Shown here in pieces: positions 46,434 through 55,347 of a stretch of 64,000 bases of DNA (position 1 is its first letter; every line of letters begins with the position of its first letter). The notes below the pieces were generated by a model that made no database searches, had not been told where the DNA came from, and was given only the letters and a program-made list of their open reading frames with translations. Source of the DNA: an uncultured Clostridia bacterium (GTDB taxonomy: Bacteria > Bacillota > Clostridia > Oscillospirales > QAKW01). The translations under genes and the position numbers were made by a program. The stretch is from positions 57,032 through 121,031 of the forward strand of contig CALGEL010000059.1 of NCBI GenBank assembly GCA_937881855.1. The letters run 5' to 3'.

Positions 46434-47723
46434 TTATTTAAAAAGTTGGTTATATAGCTTGTTAAAATTGATAAAATCATCGCTTGTGAAACGCATATTC
46501 TGATCTTTGTGATCACGCAACATGATGAGTAAACGCTGAAGAATATAGCGCATACCGGTACCCTCAAAATTATAGCAATAGCGTTTTTTGTATTCGTTAT
46601 CGAGATGCTTAATTTCGAAATATCCGGTATTCCACCATTCATCCGGTAAGGTAATAACACCTTTATCGCCATATATAACAAGCTTGTTTGGAAGGTCGAT
46701 GCTGTTGCTGATTTCCATGGTGGCGGCTGCATTGTCCATCCTTGCTTGAAGTTGCATATAAAAGCCGTTTTCTCCAATGGGATTGGTGAATAGATGGAAA
46801 TCGGCGGGACGATTTTTAAAGAGCTTATAGAAAGCATATAGTCCGTAGGATTGCAGTTCGGAAAGATTTCGACCATCCGAATCTTTGCAAAACATAGAAC
46901 AATGCAGGTTTAAAACTTTTCCGATCGAACCGCTTTCAATCATCCAAAACATCTGATTAAGTGCTTGTATATATGACATTTTTACACAAGGAAGCAAAAT
47001 CACATTTTTTTCTTTGGAGAGAGTCATAAGGGACCTAAACTCATCCTCCGCAAGCAAGGCGGGGAAAGAAAGTAATACATGCTTGCCCGCTTCCAATGCA
47101 GGACGAATGTAAGGAAGTTGAGACTTGCCATCCCCTTGAATATAGACGGTATTGATGCCGTCTAAAAATTCTTCAAGATTGGAGTATGCCCCTCTCAACT
47201 CATAGTTCTGGCAAGCTTGATTGGCAGTATCGGCATCCGAATTGAAAACACGATCTACGTGAATACCACTGACATATTTACTTTCCAAAACAAAGCCTTT
47301 ATCATCGGTACTATCGAGTATCATACCGATTTGCAGGTGCTGTTGCTGTTGGCGAAGCATGGTGCTGGAAATATCTTTGGTACGCTCCAAATATACCACT
47401 TCGCAATATTCTTTCAAATAATCAAATTTTCCGCGCCAGTCGGAACCAACCACTAAAACATCAACATTATAGTTTTGGACATCTTGAATTTTTTGGCCTT
47501 GAAATTCTTCCACAATGATCTCGTCTGCAAGGCCGGTCTTTCTGACGTTCTCAATTCTCTGGGGCAGGCTGTCTTGAACGCCGATCTTTCCGCGCTCGAC
47601 ATCGTAGTTTTCTCCGGTCACGCCTACAATCAAATAGTCGCCTAAATCTTTGGCACGCTTGATAATATTGTAATGGCCTTGATGAAATAAATCAAAGGTA
47701 CCGTATGTGATAACTTTTTTCAA
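46434..47723 (-). CDS. fusion: TagD/ECT-type cytidylyltransferase (N) + Gfo/Idh/MocA-like domain with degenerate cofactor motifs (C)
   Basis: The N-terminus has YGTFDLFHQGH (HxGH) and ERTKDISSTML (RTxGISTT-like). The C-terminal ~300 aa has PALEAGKHVLLSFP where oxidoreductases carry GKHVxxEKP, and it lacks GxGxxG. The TTG start is 6 nt after GGAGGTG. Confidence 0.75.
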   Translation of the reverse strand: MKKVITYGTFDLFHQGHYNIIKRAKDLGDYLIVGVTGENYDVERGKIGVQDSLPQRIENVRKTGLADEIIVEEFQGQKIQDVQNYNVDVLVVGSDWRGKFDYLKEYCEVVYLERTKDISSTMLRQQQQHLQIGMILDSTDDKGFVLESKYVSGIHVDRVFNSDADTANQACQNYELRGAYSNLEEFLDGINTVYIQGDGKSQLPYIRPALEAGKHVLLSFPALLAEDEFRSLMTLSKEKNVILLPCVKMSYIQALNQMFWMIESGSIGKVLNLHCSMFCKDSDGRNLSELQSYGLYAFYKLFKNRPADFHLFTNPIGENGFYMQLQARMDNAAATMEISNSIDLPNKLVIYGDKGVITLPDEWWNTGYFEIKHLDNEYKKRYCYNFEGTGMRYILQRLLIMLRDHKDQNMRFTSDDFINFNKLYNQLFK

Positions 47724-47725
47724 AG

Positions 47726-49465
47726 TTACACCTCCTCGTTCATAAATCGGTCCAGAATATCTTGCGGTATTGCCGGTTCCTGATTATAGATGGGATTTCC
47801 GAAATTTGTTTTGGGATATGCCTTGGTGGGTTCATTGAAAACAAACTCTACCAACAAGGGATGCCCTTTTTTGCGTTGCTGCAATACAGAATCAATCTGC
47901 TCAATTTGGTCTATTCGGACCGCATCAATCCCATAAGCTTTCGCCACTTCGGTAAAGTTTGGAGATGAAAAATCGGGGGATGCGGCACCATGGTAATTTC
48001 CATCAAACAGAGAATCTTGTTGCTGGGTGATCAGCCCCAAGGAATTGTTATTGAATACAAAGACTACAACATTCAAGTCTTCATTTTTAAGCCATTGTAA
48101 TTCTTGTATATTCATCTGAAAGGCGCCGTCACCGCAAAAACAATAAACCGTTTTATTCGGGTGGGCAACTCCTGCGCCAATCGCCGCAGGAAGCGCGTAA
48201 CCCATAGCACCGTGGGCACCGGAGAACATAATGGTCAACTCTTTTTTTGATTGGAGTGATTGTCCGATCCACATCATATGTTGACCGACATCACATGCAA
48301 CAATATCGTTCTCATCGATATGTGGATTGATTGCTTCAATTACATGGTTGGGCAAACTATAAGTGACAGAATCATCAAAAGATTCGCAAAAGTTTTTATA
48401 TCTACTGCAAAAGTCCAACCATTGATTGGAAACTTTGGGCCAATCTTTCCATCGATTTTGATTGTCATCTAATGTTTGAGCAAGATCGGAAGAATCGATT
48501 AAAATACCGATCTCATCGGGCTTGATTTTTCTCTTTAATTCGTTTGGATCAATGTCGAAACGCAAAACCTTTGCATTGGGGGCAAACTCTTGCACTTTGG
48601 TCCCTGTTTGACGAGTGCAAAGCGAACACCCGATAGCAATGATTTGGTCGGCTTTAGCGGCAACAATTAAATTGGCATAACGATTACCATAGGCGCCGCC
48701 GATGTAACCAAAATTGAGAGAATGGTCATGGGGCAAAATATCTTTGCCCATAAGGCTGGTAACAATAGGTAAGTTGAGTCCTTCTGCAAAACGGACAAAG
48801 CTTGCTCTGTGTTTACGGTCGATGCCGTTGCCTAACATCAAAACAGGACGCGCAGAAGACGCCAAGGCTTGTTCCAAAACATCGATGGCGTTAATGGATT
48901 GTGAATTTGTCTGTTGTTCTTTTTGAGTGAGGGCGGGAACTTCGATTTCTGCACGCTGAATATTCATAGGCAGATCCAGCAGAACAGGGCCTTTCCGTCC
49001 TGTGGTTGCCAGTTCGTATGCCTTTTCTAATGCGGCGGGGATTTGGTTGGGATCTCTAATTTCAACGGCATACTTGGTAATAGGGCGGCAAATATCGACT
49101 GTTTTGGTCTCCTGAAAAGCATCTTGACGCAAATCTTCGTTATCTTCGTAGCGCTCGTAGGTGTTAATCTGCCCGGTGATAAATACTACGGGGATAGAAT
49201 CATAGTAGGCGTTTGCAATACCGGAAACTAAATTGAGCGCGCCCGGACCGCTGGTAGCATATGCCACAGCACATTTTCCTGTGGAACTCGAATAGCCGCA
49301 AGCGGCAAAAGATGCGCCTTGCTCATTATAGCAAACATGGTTTTTAGCCTTATCGTTTTTGCCGATGGAATCGACAAAATGGGCGATCATCGTTCCCTGA
49401 TAGCCAAAAAAGTCACAAATATTCTTTTCTACAAAATAATTGACGATATAGTCTGAAACTTTCAC
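47726..49465 (-). CDS. thiamine-diphosphate-dependent enzyme, acetolactate-synthase-like
   Basis: YATSGPGALN, and GDGAFQMNIQELQ...VVFVFNNNSLG (the GDG-x24-NN ThDP motif). GTG start after AGAGGAA. Confidence 0.85.
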   Translation of the reverse strand: MKVSDYIVNYFVEKNICDFFGYQGTMIAHFVDSIGKNDKAKNHVCYNEQGASFAACGYSSSTGKCAVAYATSGPGALNLVSGIANAYYDSIPVVFITGQINTYERYEDNEDLRQDAFQETKTVDICRPITKYAVEIRDPNQIPAALEKAYELATTGRKGPVLLDLPMNIQRAEIEVPALTQKEQQTNSQSINAIDVLEQALASSARPVLMLGNGIDRKHRASFVRFAEGLNLPIVTSLMGKDILPHDHSLNFGYIGGAYGNRYANLIVAAKADQIIAIGCSLCTRQTGTKVQEFAPNAKVLRFDIDPNELKRKIKPDEIGILIDSSDLAQTLDDNQNRWKDWPKVSNQWLDFCSRYKNFCESFDDSVTYSLPNHVIEAINPHIDENDIVACDVGQHMMWIGQSLQSKKELTIMFSGAHGAMGYALPAAIGAGVAHPNKTVYCFCGDGAFQMNIQELQWLKNEDLNVVVFVFNNNSLGLITQQQDSLFDGNYHGAASPDFSSPNFTEVAKAYGIDAVRIDQIEQIDSVLQQRKKGHPLLVEFVFNEPTKAYPKTNFGNPIYNQEPAIPQDILDRFMNEEV

Positions 49466-49476
49466 AAATGATTCCT

Positions 49477-50217
49477 CTATTCAAAATTATATCCGCCATC
49501 GACCGACAGAACAGCACCGTTAATATATGGGTTGGTCAGTAATGACATAGTAGCTCGGGCAACCTCTTCCGGTTGACCAAAGCGATGAACGGCCACCTTG
49601 CGGCGGATGTTGTTTAAATGTTCTTCTGTACGATTGCCCGGGAACATATCGGTTTCAATAAAAGCGGGGGCAACGGTATTTACGGTGATCTTTCGCTCCG
49701 CCAATTCTTTAACCAACATTTTGGCAAGAAAAACCTCGCTGGATTTGGTTAATCCATAGGGGATATAGGTGGAATGGGGATAGATGCCAACATTGGAACT
49801 GATAAAGGCAATAGAACCTCCGTCTACCATGTGTTCTACCATATCTTGCACCAAAAAGAACGGAGTAAATAGATTCATTTGAAACATTTCTTCCATTTCT
49901 TGCGGGGTTACTTTACCAAATGGGTTGCGGGTCTTTCCGTTGGAAGATGAATTTAGCACCAAACCGTGAAGAGGATGCTTATCGAGATCCATCTGCTCTA
50001 AAATAGCAGGGATCGAATCGGTGCGGGATACATCAGCTTTAATAATCTTGAAACTGTTGGAGTATCCTAAACTGATCAGATAATCGGCACAAGCTTGGGC
50101 GCCTTTATCATCGTGAACATAGTTGAGATATACATAATAGTCGGCTTTCAGCGCTTCAATAGCGATGGCTTTACCAATCCCTTTTGTGGAGCCGGTAATA
50201 AAAATAGATTTCTTCAT
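49477..50217 (-). CDS. short-chain dehydrogenase/reductase
   Basis: ITGSTKGIGKAIA (TGxxxGxG), the NSSS region and YGLTKSS (YxxxK). Confidence 0.85.
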   Translation of the reverse strand: MKKSIFITGSTKGIGKAIAIEALKADYYVYLNYVHDDKGAQACADYLISLGYSNSFKIIKADVSRTDSIPAILEQMDLDKHPLHGLVLNSSSNGKTRNPFGKVTPQEMEEMFQMNLFTPFFLVQDMVEHMVDGGSIAFISSNVGIYPHSTYIPYGLTKSSEVFLAKMLVKELAERKITVNTVAPAFIETDMFPGNRTEEHLNNIRRKVAVHRFGQPEEVARATMSLLTNPYINGAVLSVDGGYNFE

Positions 50218-50231
50218 TGGTTATTCCTCGA

Positions 50232-50996
50232 TTATATTCTATTTGACAGGTTGTCCCTGAAACGTTTATGCCTACGGCGTGTCAAAAGGTCTTCTTTTGG
50301 AGTCATATAATCCTCTCCGTAAGAGATTTTGAGAACGGCATCGTAATTTTTAAATATAAAAAAATTATGTTCTTCAAATGGTTGCTCAATCAAATTATCG
50401 AGATACTCTGCGGGTATGATTCTATGCAAATATCGGGCGGAATCATTCGACATATGGATATATGCCTTTTTTCCGTCAAAGGCATTTTTACTGAACCATT
50501 TATAAAACCGCATCTTTGCTTTTTGGGGAATCGGTCGCCCTAAAAAACTAACGAAGCGATAAATATTATATTTTAATGCGCTGTGTTCTTCTATGCTGGT
50601 GAGTTTGATGGTTTCTTTGGTTTTTAGCAGTGCTTGAAGGATGATTAGTCCATAGATACGAATCTTTTGCAAAAACTTATTTTCGGTTATATAGTCATAC
50701 ACAAATATATCTGCGGAAATATACGGATTTTCTTTACTAATTATTTGCAAAGCACCGCCGACATATCCTTCCAGCAGACTATATTCCCGGCTTTGTTTCG
50801 GGAAAATTTCTTTAAAGCGTTCGTAATTTTTTCGGGACATAGCAAGATCTATGTCATCATCCCAAGAAATAAAACCGTTTTCGCGAACAGCACCCAATAA
50901 CGTGCCGCCTTGAAGCGTATATTTGATGTCGAATTGCCGACAAATTGCATCGACATCGCAAAGTAAGGATAATAGTTGTTGTTGGTTTTCGTTCAT
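50232..50996 (-). CDS. LicD-family phosphotransferase (copy 2)
   Basis: YTLQGGTLLGAVRENGFISWDDDIDLAM. Confidence 0.85.
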   Translation of the reverse strand: MNENQQQLLSLLCDVDAICRQFDIKYTLQGGTLLGAVRENGFISWDDDIDLAMSRKNYERFKEIFPKQSREYSLLEGYVGGALQIISKENPYISADIFVYDYITENKFLQKIRIYGLIILQALLKTKETIKLTSIEEHSALKYNIYRFVSFLGRPIPQKAKMRFYKWFSKNAFDGKKAYIHMSNDSARYLHRIIPAEYLDNLIEQPFEEHNFFIFKNYDAVLKISYGEDYMTPKEDLLTRRRHKRFRDNLSNRI

Positions 50997-51039
50997 CTAA
51001 TCACCTTTAACATATAACATAAAACTATATTCATAATAT

Positions 51040-51068
51040 ATACTATCATATAATTATTATTTTTTCAA
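51040..51068 (-). promoter_or_regulatory. candidate sigmaA promoter of the LicD operon
   Basis: The minus strand reads TTGAAA, a 17-nt spacer, then TAGTAT with an extended TGa. Confidence 0.4.
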
Positions 51069-51149
51069 GCGTTTTACTATTGCTATGTTCTTTTTATCAT
51101 AGTCTGTTATGGCGTGAATAAACTATATAAAAGAAAGCGTGGTGAACGA

Positions 51150-51962
51150 ATGATTTCGACTTTTATAAAAGGGTTATGGATCGGGAGCACATTATCAGTT
51201 CCCGGAATCAGCGGCGGAACAATGGCAATGTTGGTTGGAATTTATGAACCGTTGGTTCGTTCTATCAATAAAACAATTTCAAAAGATAAAAGAAAAAAAG
51301 ATGCGATTTTATTTCTTTTGGTATTCTCGGCCGGCGGAATTCTTGGCTTTTTAGCAATTTCTTCGGTGATTTTAAATTTAATTCAAATTGCACCTATGCC
51401 AATGACATTTCTATTTTGCGGTGTCATTCTCGGCGGTGTTCCAAAGATTTTTGAAGAGATCAAAAAAGATCGGTTTAATTGGGTTGATCTGCTGTATATT
51501 TTTATAGGTGTATTGATCGTTCTCTTTATATCGTATCTGCCAAAAGATTTGTTTCAAATTGGAAATTCCTTTGGTTTTTGGAGTGTGATAAAACAAATTG
51601 TTGGCGGATTAATTGTGGCTTTTGCTTTGGTTTTACCCGGGATCAGCGTTTCTCAAATGCTATATGTTTTAGGAATATATGAGAGCGTTATAAGGGCGGC
51701 TTCATCGTTAAATATATTGGCGTTATTACCAATGGTATGCGGGATTTCTCTTGGAATTCTATTGTTTGCAAGGTTGATGGATGTTTGCTTTGTTAGATAT
51801 AGAAAACCGGTTTATGCCATTATATTCGGATTTGTTTTGGGCTCTGTATTTGAGCTGTTTTCTCGCGGAATAAGCGGTGAATTTTCGCTTTTATGTATAC
51901 CATTATTCATCATTGGATATTGTTTAATGCACTTAATTTCAAAAAAGCAAGCCGATGCATAA
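51150..51962 (+). CDS. DUF368 membrane protein (PopT-type polyprenyl-phosphate transporter family)
   Basis: GLWIGSTLSVPGISGGTMAMLVGIYE and a second LVLPGISVSQML half-repeat; about 8 TM. I prefer the ATG at 51150 over the ORF-track GTG at 51114. Confidence 0.8.
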   Translation: MISTFIKGLWIGSTLSVPGISGGTMAMLVGIYEPLVRSINKTISKDKRKKDAILFLLVFSAGGILGFLAISSVILNLIQIAPMPMTFLFCGVILGGVPKIFEEIKKDRFNWVDLLYIFIGVLIVLFISYLPKDLFQIGNSFGFWSVIKQIVGGLIVAFALVLPGISVSQMLYVLGIYESVIRAASSLNILALLPMVCGISLGILLFARLMDVCFVRYRKPVYAIIFGFVLGSVFELFSRGISGEFSLLCIPLFIIGYCLMHLISKKQADA

Positions 51963-52184
51963 GAGTCGCACTATAGTGGAAAATATGCAAAAAAGAAAAT
52001 CTCTCAATTCAGCTGATAAGCTTGATTGAGAGATTTTTTATGTTTCAGGCGACATGTATAAAGCTCGATATAATTTTGCAAGCAAAATTTCGATATGATA
52101 TAAATCCCTTCTCGTTGCGAAGGAATTTGTATCGTTGGAAAGTGTCCTTAAGGACGCTTTGCATAGGCATCGGCTTGCTTTTTT
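51941..52184. repeat. 18-bp perfect inverted repeat pair bracketing the convergent intergenic region
   Basis: aaaaaagcaagccgatgc at 51941-51958 is the exact reverse complement of gcatcggcttgctttttt at 52167-52184. Confidence 0.9.
51996..52039. terminator. bidirectional terminator (DUF368 / GH20)
   Basis: The stem aaaatctctcaat pairs with attgagagatttt, with an A-run before it and a T-run after it. Confidence 0.75.
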
Positions 52185-54012
52185 AATTATTTACGCATCC
52201 ACTCGAAATCTTTGACCAGGTTTCACGGGTTGATGCTGAAAGGAGGGGCTCTTCAAGTTGTTCTATTTTGTCGATGTCCCCGTTTGTGTAGGATTCCAGA
52301 CGCAGTTTGGTGGAATTTAAGCGTTCTTTAAGCCCGCCCAAACGAAGTTCGATAACATCAAAACCGAAGGTTTTATTATCGATATACCATTCTTCTCTTG
52401 CTGCTTTAATATACTGGTCAACCGCCGCAATAGTCGCGGGGATACGCTTGGTTGCAATTTCATTCAACGATGTTTTATCTCCGCTGTGATATGCATTGCG
52501 TATATCAAAGGAGAGCGTGGCTTTTAGAGCCAAAGCGCGGCAAAGCATTTCTGATGCTTTAAAGAGATAACTAAATTCGTTGGCGGGCACCTTGGAAAGA
52601 GCTTCTGCCTTCTGTGCAAATTCGTCGCTATACTGTTCTTTAATATTATAATCTAACCAACCGCCGAGAGAATCGTTATACAAAAAGTGCTTTGCATAGC
52701 GATTGTTTTGTACAGTCAGGTCTGTGTCGGATAGAAGATTTGGGGTATCCAGCAACATAAAGTCTTCAAAAGAAATACCATAAGTTTCTTTAAAGCGTTT
52801 CGATAGCCACGCGTGATCTTCGCCCTTTGCATAGCAATATTCTGCATATTGCTGCAAGGTGGGCATAATAGAAAAATGAGAAGCTTCGCCGCCATTATCG
52901 CCCCATGCTGTTGCAATAACAAGGGGGATTTTTTCTTCTTTTGAAACCGCCAAATGGAGATCGTTGCGGAGGATGGAATGATAGTTTGAAGGGGACATGG
53001 ACCGCCATTTCCAAGCGCCGCCCGCAAAGGCAAGGGAATTATTAAATTGTTTGTGGCATTTTATCATATGACGGAACAGTTTCTCGTCGAGTGTATAATA
53101 ATCCCAATAGACCAGAGTGACTTCCTTGGGAACCAGATCAATGACTTCTTTTGAGATTTCACCTTCATCCACATAGTATTTCCCAAACTTGATGCGGAAA
53201 AACATATCACTCCACATCATCGGCTTGAAATCATATTTTTTGCAGATTTCCACAACACGTTCAAGATGCTCTAAAACGATTTGGGAACGGTCACGATAGC
53301 CATTTTTCTCTAAGTATTTACCCGAACCTATCAAATGTGCCTCATCCATACCGATGTGAATACGATTGGTGTGGAAGCATTTGCGGCAGCTGCGGATCAT
53401 TGCCTCAATAAATTCATAGGTTTTTTCTTCACCAACCAAAAGGATGTTACCTGTATCTACAATTTCTTTGAAAGCGGTCCAACGCAATGTCGCTTCTAAA
53501 TGGGCGAGAACCTGCATACACGGAATCATTTCGATGCCAAATTGCAAAGCATATGCATCAATTTCTTGCAATTCTTCTTGGCTAAAACGGCCACGGATAT
53601 AACCAAAAAACGGATATTCCGGTACTTCATATGTATCTTCGGTGTATAGCATAAAAGAAGTAAAGCCCATCAATGCCAAAAAGCGGATCATTTTCTTTGC
53701 GCCATCAATATTGAATACTGCGTTTCTTGAACAATCTGCCATAAGGCAAAGATCTTCGTGGGCAGGAAATTCTTCATAAATTCCGTCGGTTTCTGAACGG
53801 TTTGGAAGCATCGTCAGCATTCGAAAAAATTCAGGGATTTTATGGTACTCAATCACGATTTGATTGTTCTCAACAATCATTTTGGGACCGACATTATTTT
53901 TTTGAACGGTTACAGCCATACCGGATTGGCATACATCAAATTGCAGGTGCGGTTTGATTTCAGCAAACGGTCTGCTTAATTCGTCCGGTAAATTTACAAA
54001 ATTGAATTTCAT
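52183..54012 (-). CDS. GH20 beta-N-acetylhexosaminidase, no signal peptide
   Basis: The HIGMDE catalytic (D-E) region, MWSDMF and ATAWGDNGGE. The ATG at 54012 is 8 nt after AAGGAAGGA; the ORF-track GTG is at 54018. Confidence 0.75.
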   Translation of the reverse strand: MKFNFVNLPDELSRPFAEIKPHLQFDVCQSGMAVTVQKNNVGPKMIVENNQIVIEYHKIPEFFRMLTMLPNRSETDGIYEEFPAHEDLCLMADCSRNAVFNIDGAKKMIRFLALMGFTSFMLYTEDTYEVPEYPFFGYIRGRFSQEELQEIDAYALQFGIEMIPCMQVLAHLEATLRWTAFKEIVDTGNILLVGEEKTYEFIEAMIRSCRKCFHTNRIHIGMDEAHLIGSGKYLEKNGYRDRSQIVLEHLERVVEICKKYDFKPMMWSDMFFRIKFGKYYVDEGEISKEVIDLVPKEVTLVYWDYYTLDEKLFRHMIKCHKQFNNSLAFAGGAWKWRSMSPSNYHSILRNDLHLAVSKEEKIPLVIATAWGDNGGEASHFSIMPTLQQYAEYCYAKGEDHAWLSKRFKETYGISFEDFMLLDTPNLLSDTDLTVQNNRYAKHFLYNDSLGGWLDYNIKEQYSDEFAQKAEALSKVPANEFSYLFKASEMLCRALALKATLSFDIRNAYHSGDKTSLNEIATKRIPATIAAVDQYIKAAREEWYIDNKTFGFDVIELRLGGLKERLNSTKLRLESYTNGDIDKIEQLEEPLLSASTRETWSKISSGCVNN

Positions 54013-54076
54013 AATCACAATCCTTCCTTAATTTTTATCTATAATACCATTATTTTTGATTGAATTCAATATATGC

Positions 54077-54105
54077 TTGCATTTTAGTTACAAAAATATT
54101 AAAAT
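54077..54105 (+). promoter_or_regulatory. sigmaA promoter
   Basis: TTGCAT, a 17-nt spacer, then TAAAAT. Confidence 0.55.
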
Positions 54106-54132
54106 AATATAAAAAACAAGAATGGAAAAAAT

Positions 54133-55344
54133 GTGTTGAAAAAAATAGCTGTTGTTGGCGGGGGACCTGCGGGGATGATGGCGGCAATTACTGCTGCAAA
54201 AACCGCGAAGGTTCTTTTGTTTGAACAAAATAATATTTTGGGGCGCAAACTTTTGATTACAGGAAAAGGGCGCTGTAATGTGACGAATTTTTGCTCGGAA
54301 GAGGAATTGATCTCTCAGGTAATTCATAATCCGAAATTTTTATATTCGGCGTTTTCTGCATTTAACGCCTATGATGCTTACGCTTCATTTGAAGAGTGGG
54401 GTGTTCCGCTCAAAATCGAACGTGGAAATCGTGTTTTTCCTATCTCGGATCGATCCTCCGATGTTCGAGATGCCTTGAAACGCAAAGCACAGGAAATGAA
54501 TGTAAATTTTATTCATGAAAAGGTAGTTGAGATACAGCAAGGAAAAATTATTTGTGCAAACAACGAGTATTCCGTTGATGCGATAATTTTAGCGACCGGC
54601 GGGTGTTCTTATCCGCTTACAGGCTCTACCGGTGACGGATACCGCATGGCAAAAAGTTTTGGACATACCATTGTTTCACCGGAACCTGCGTTGGTTTCTT
54701 TGATTGAGTCGGGAAGTGATTGCGCCCAATTGATGGGGCTTTCATTAAAGAATGTTCGATTATCTATTTTTGATCTCAATTCAAGATTACTGTATAGTGA
54801 ATTTGGCGAGATGTTGTTTACACATAAGGGAATTTCAGGTCCAATCGTTCTCTCGGCATCTTCGAATTTAAAGTGGTCTGATTTTCCTTGTGTTGCGTCC
54901 ATTGATTTAAAACCCGCTCTTGATGTGGATAAGCTGGATAAACGATTGTTGCGCGATTTTGAAGAAAACATCAACAAAGATTTTTCAAACGCACTGGATA
55001 AAATATTACCTAAAAAAATCATTCCGCAGATCATCAAGCGTAGTGGGATCGAGCCTCATTCAAAGGTTCATCAGATTACTAAAAATCAACGGTTGAATCT
55101 AATACAAACGATTAAAAACTTTAAAATTCAAATAAAAGAAAAAGCGGATTTTTCCGAAGCAATTATTACATCCGGTGGAATTGATGTCTCGCAAATTAAT
55201 CCTAGGACAATGGAGTCCAAATTGGTACCGAATGTTTATTTTGCCGGTGAAATCATCGATGTCGATGCGTTGACCGGCGGTTATAATTTGCAAATTGCAT
55301 ATTCAACCGGTTATCTGGCCGGAATTTCTGCTTCAAAGGAGTAA
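54133..55344 (+). CDS. HI0933/BaiN-family FAD-dependent oxidoreductase
   Basis: IAVVGGGPAGMMAA, ITGKGRCNVTN, FAGEIIDVDALTGGYNLQ. Confidence 0.85.
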   Translation: MLKKIAVVGGGPAGMMAAITAAKTAKVLLFEQNNILGRKLLITGKGRCNVTNFCSEEELISQVIHNPKFLYSAFSAFNAYDAYASFEEWGVPLKIERGNRVFPISDRSSDVRDALKRKAQEMNVNFIHEKVVEIQQGKIICANNEYSVDAIILATGGCSYPLTGSTGDGYRMAKSFGHTIVSPEPALVSLIESGSDCAQLMGLSLKNVRLSIFDLNSRLLYSEFGEMLFTHKGISGPIVLSASSNLKWSDFPCVASIDLKPALDVDKLDKRLLRDFEENINKDFSNALDKILPKKIIPQIIKRSGIEPHSKVHQITKNQRLNLIQTIKNFKIQIKEKADFSEAIITSGGIDVSQINPRTMESKLVPNVYFAGEIIDVDALTGGYNLQIAYSTGYLAGISASKE

Positions 55345-55347
55345 AAA

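Noticed and set aside
51941-52184. Calling the 244-bp inverted-repeat-bounded unit a MITE or mobile element.
   Set aside because: There is no target-site duplication, no second copy in the window and no transposase. It is kept as a repeat plus a finding, not as a mobile_element feature.
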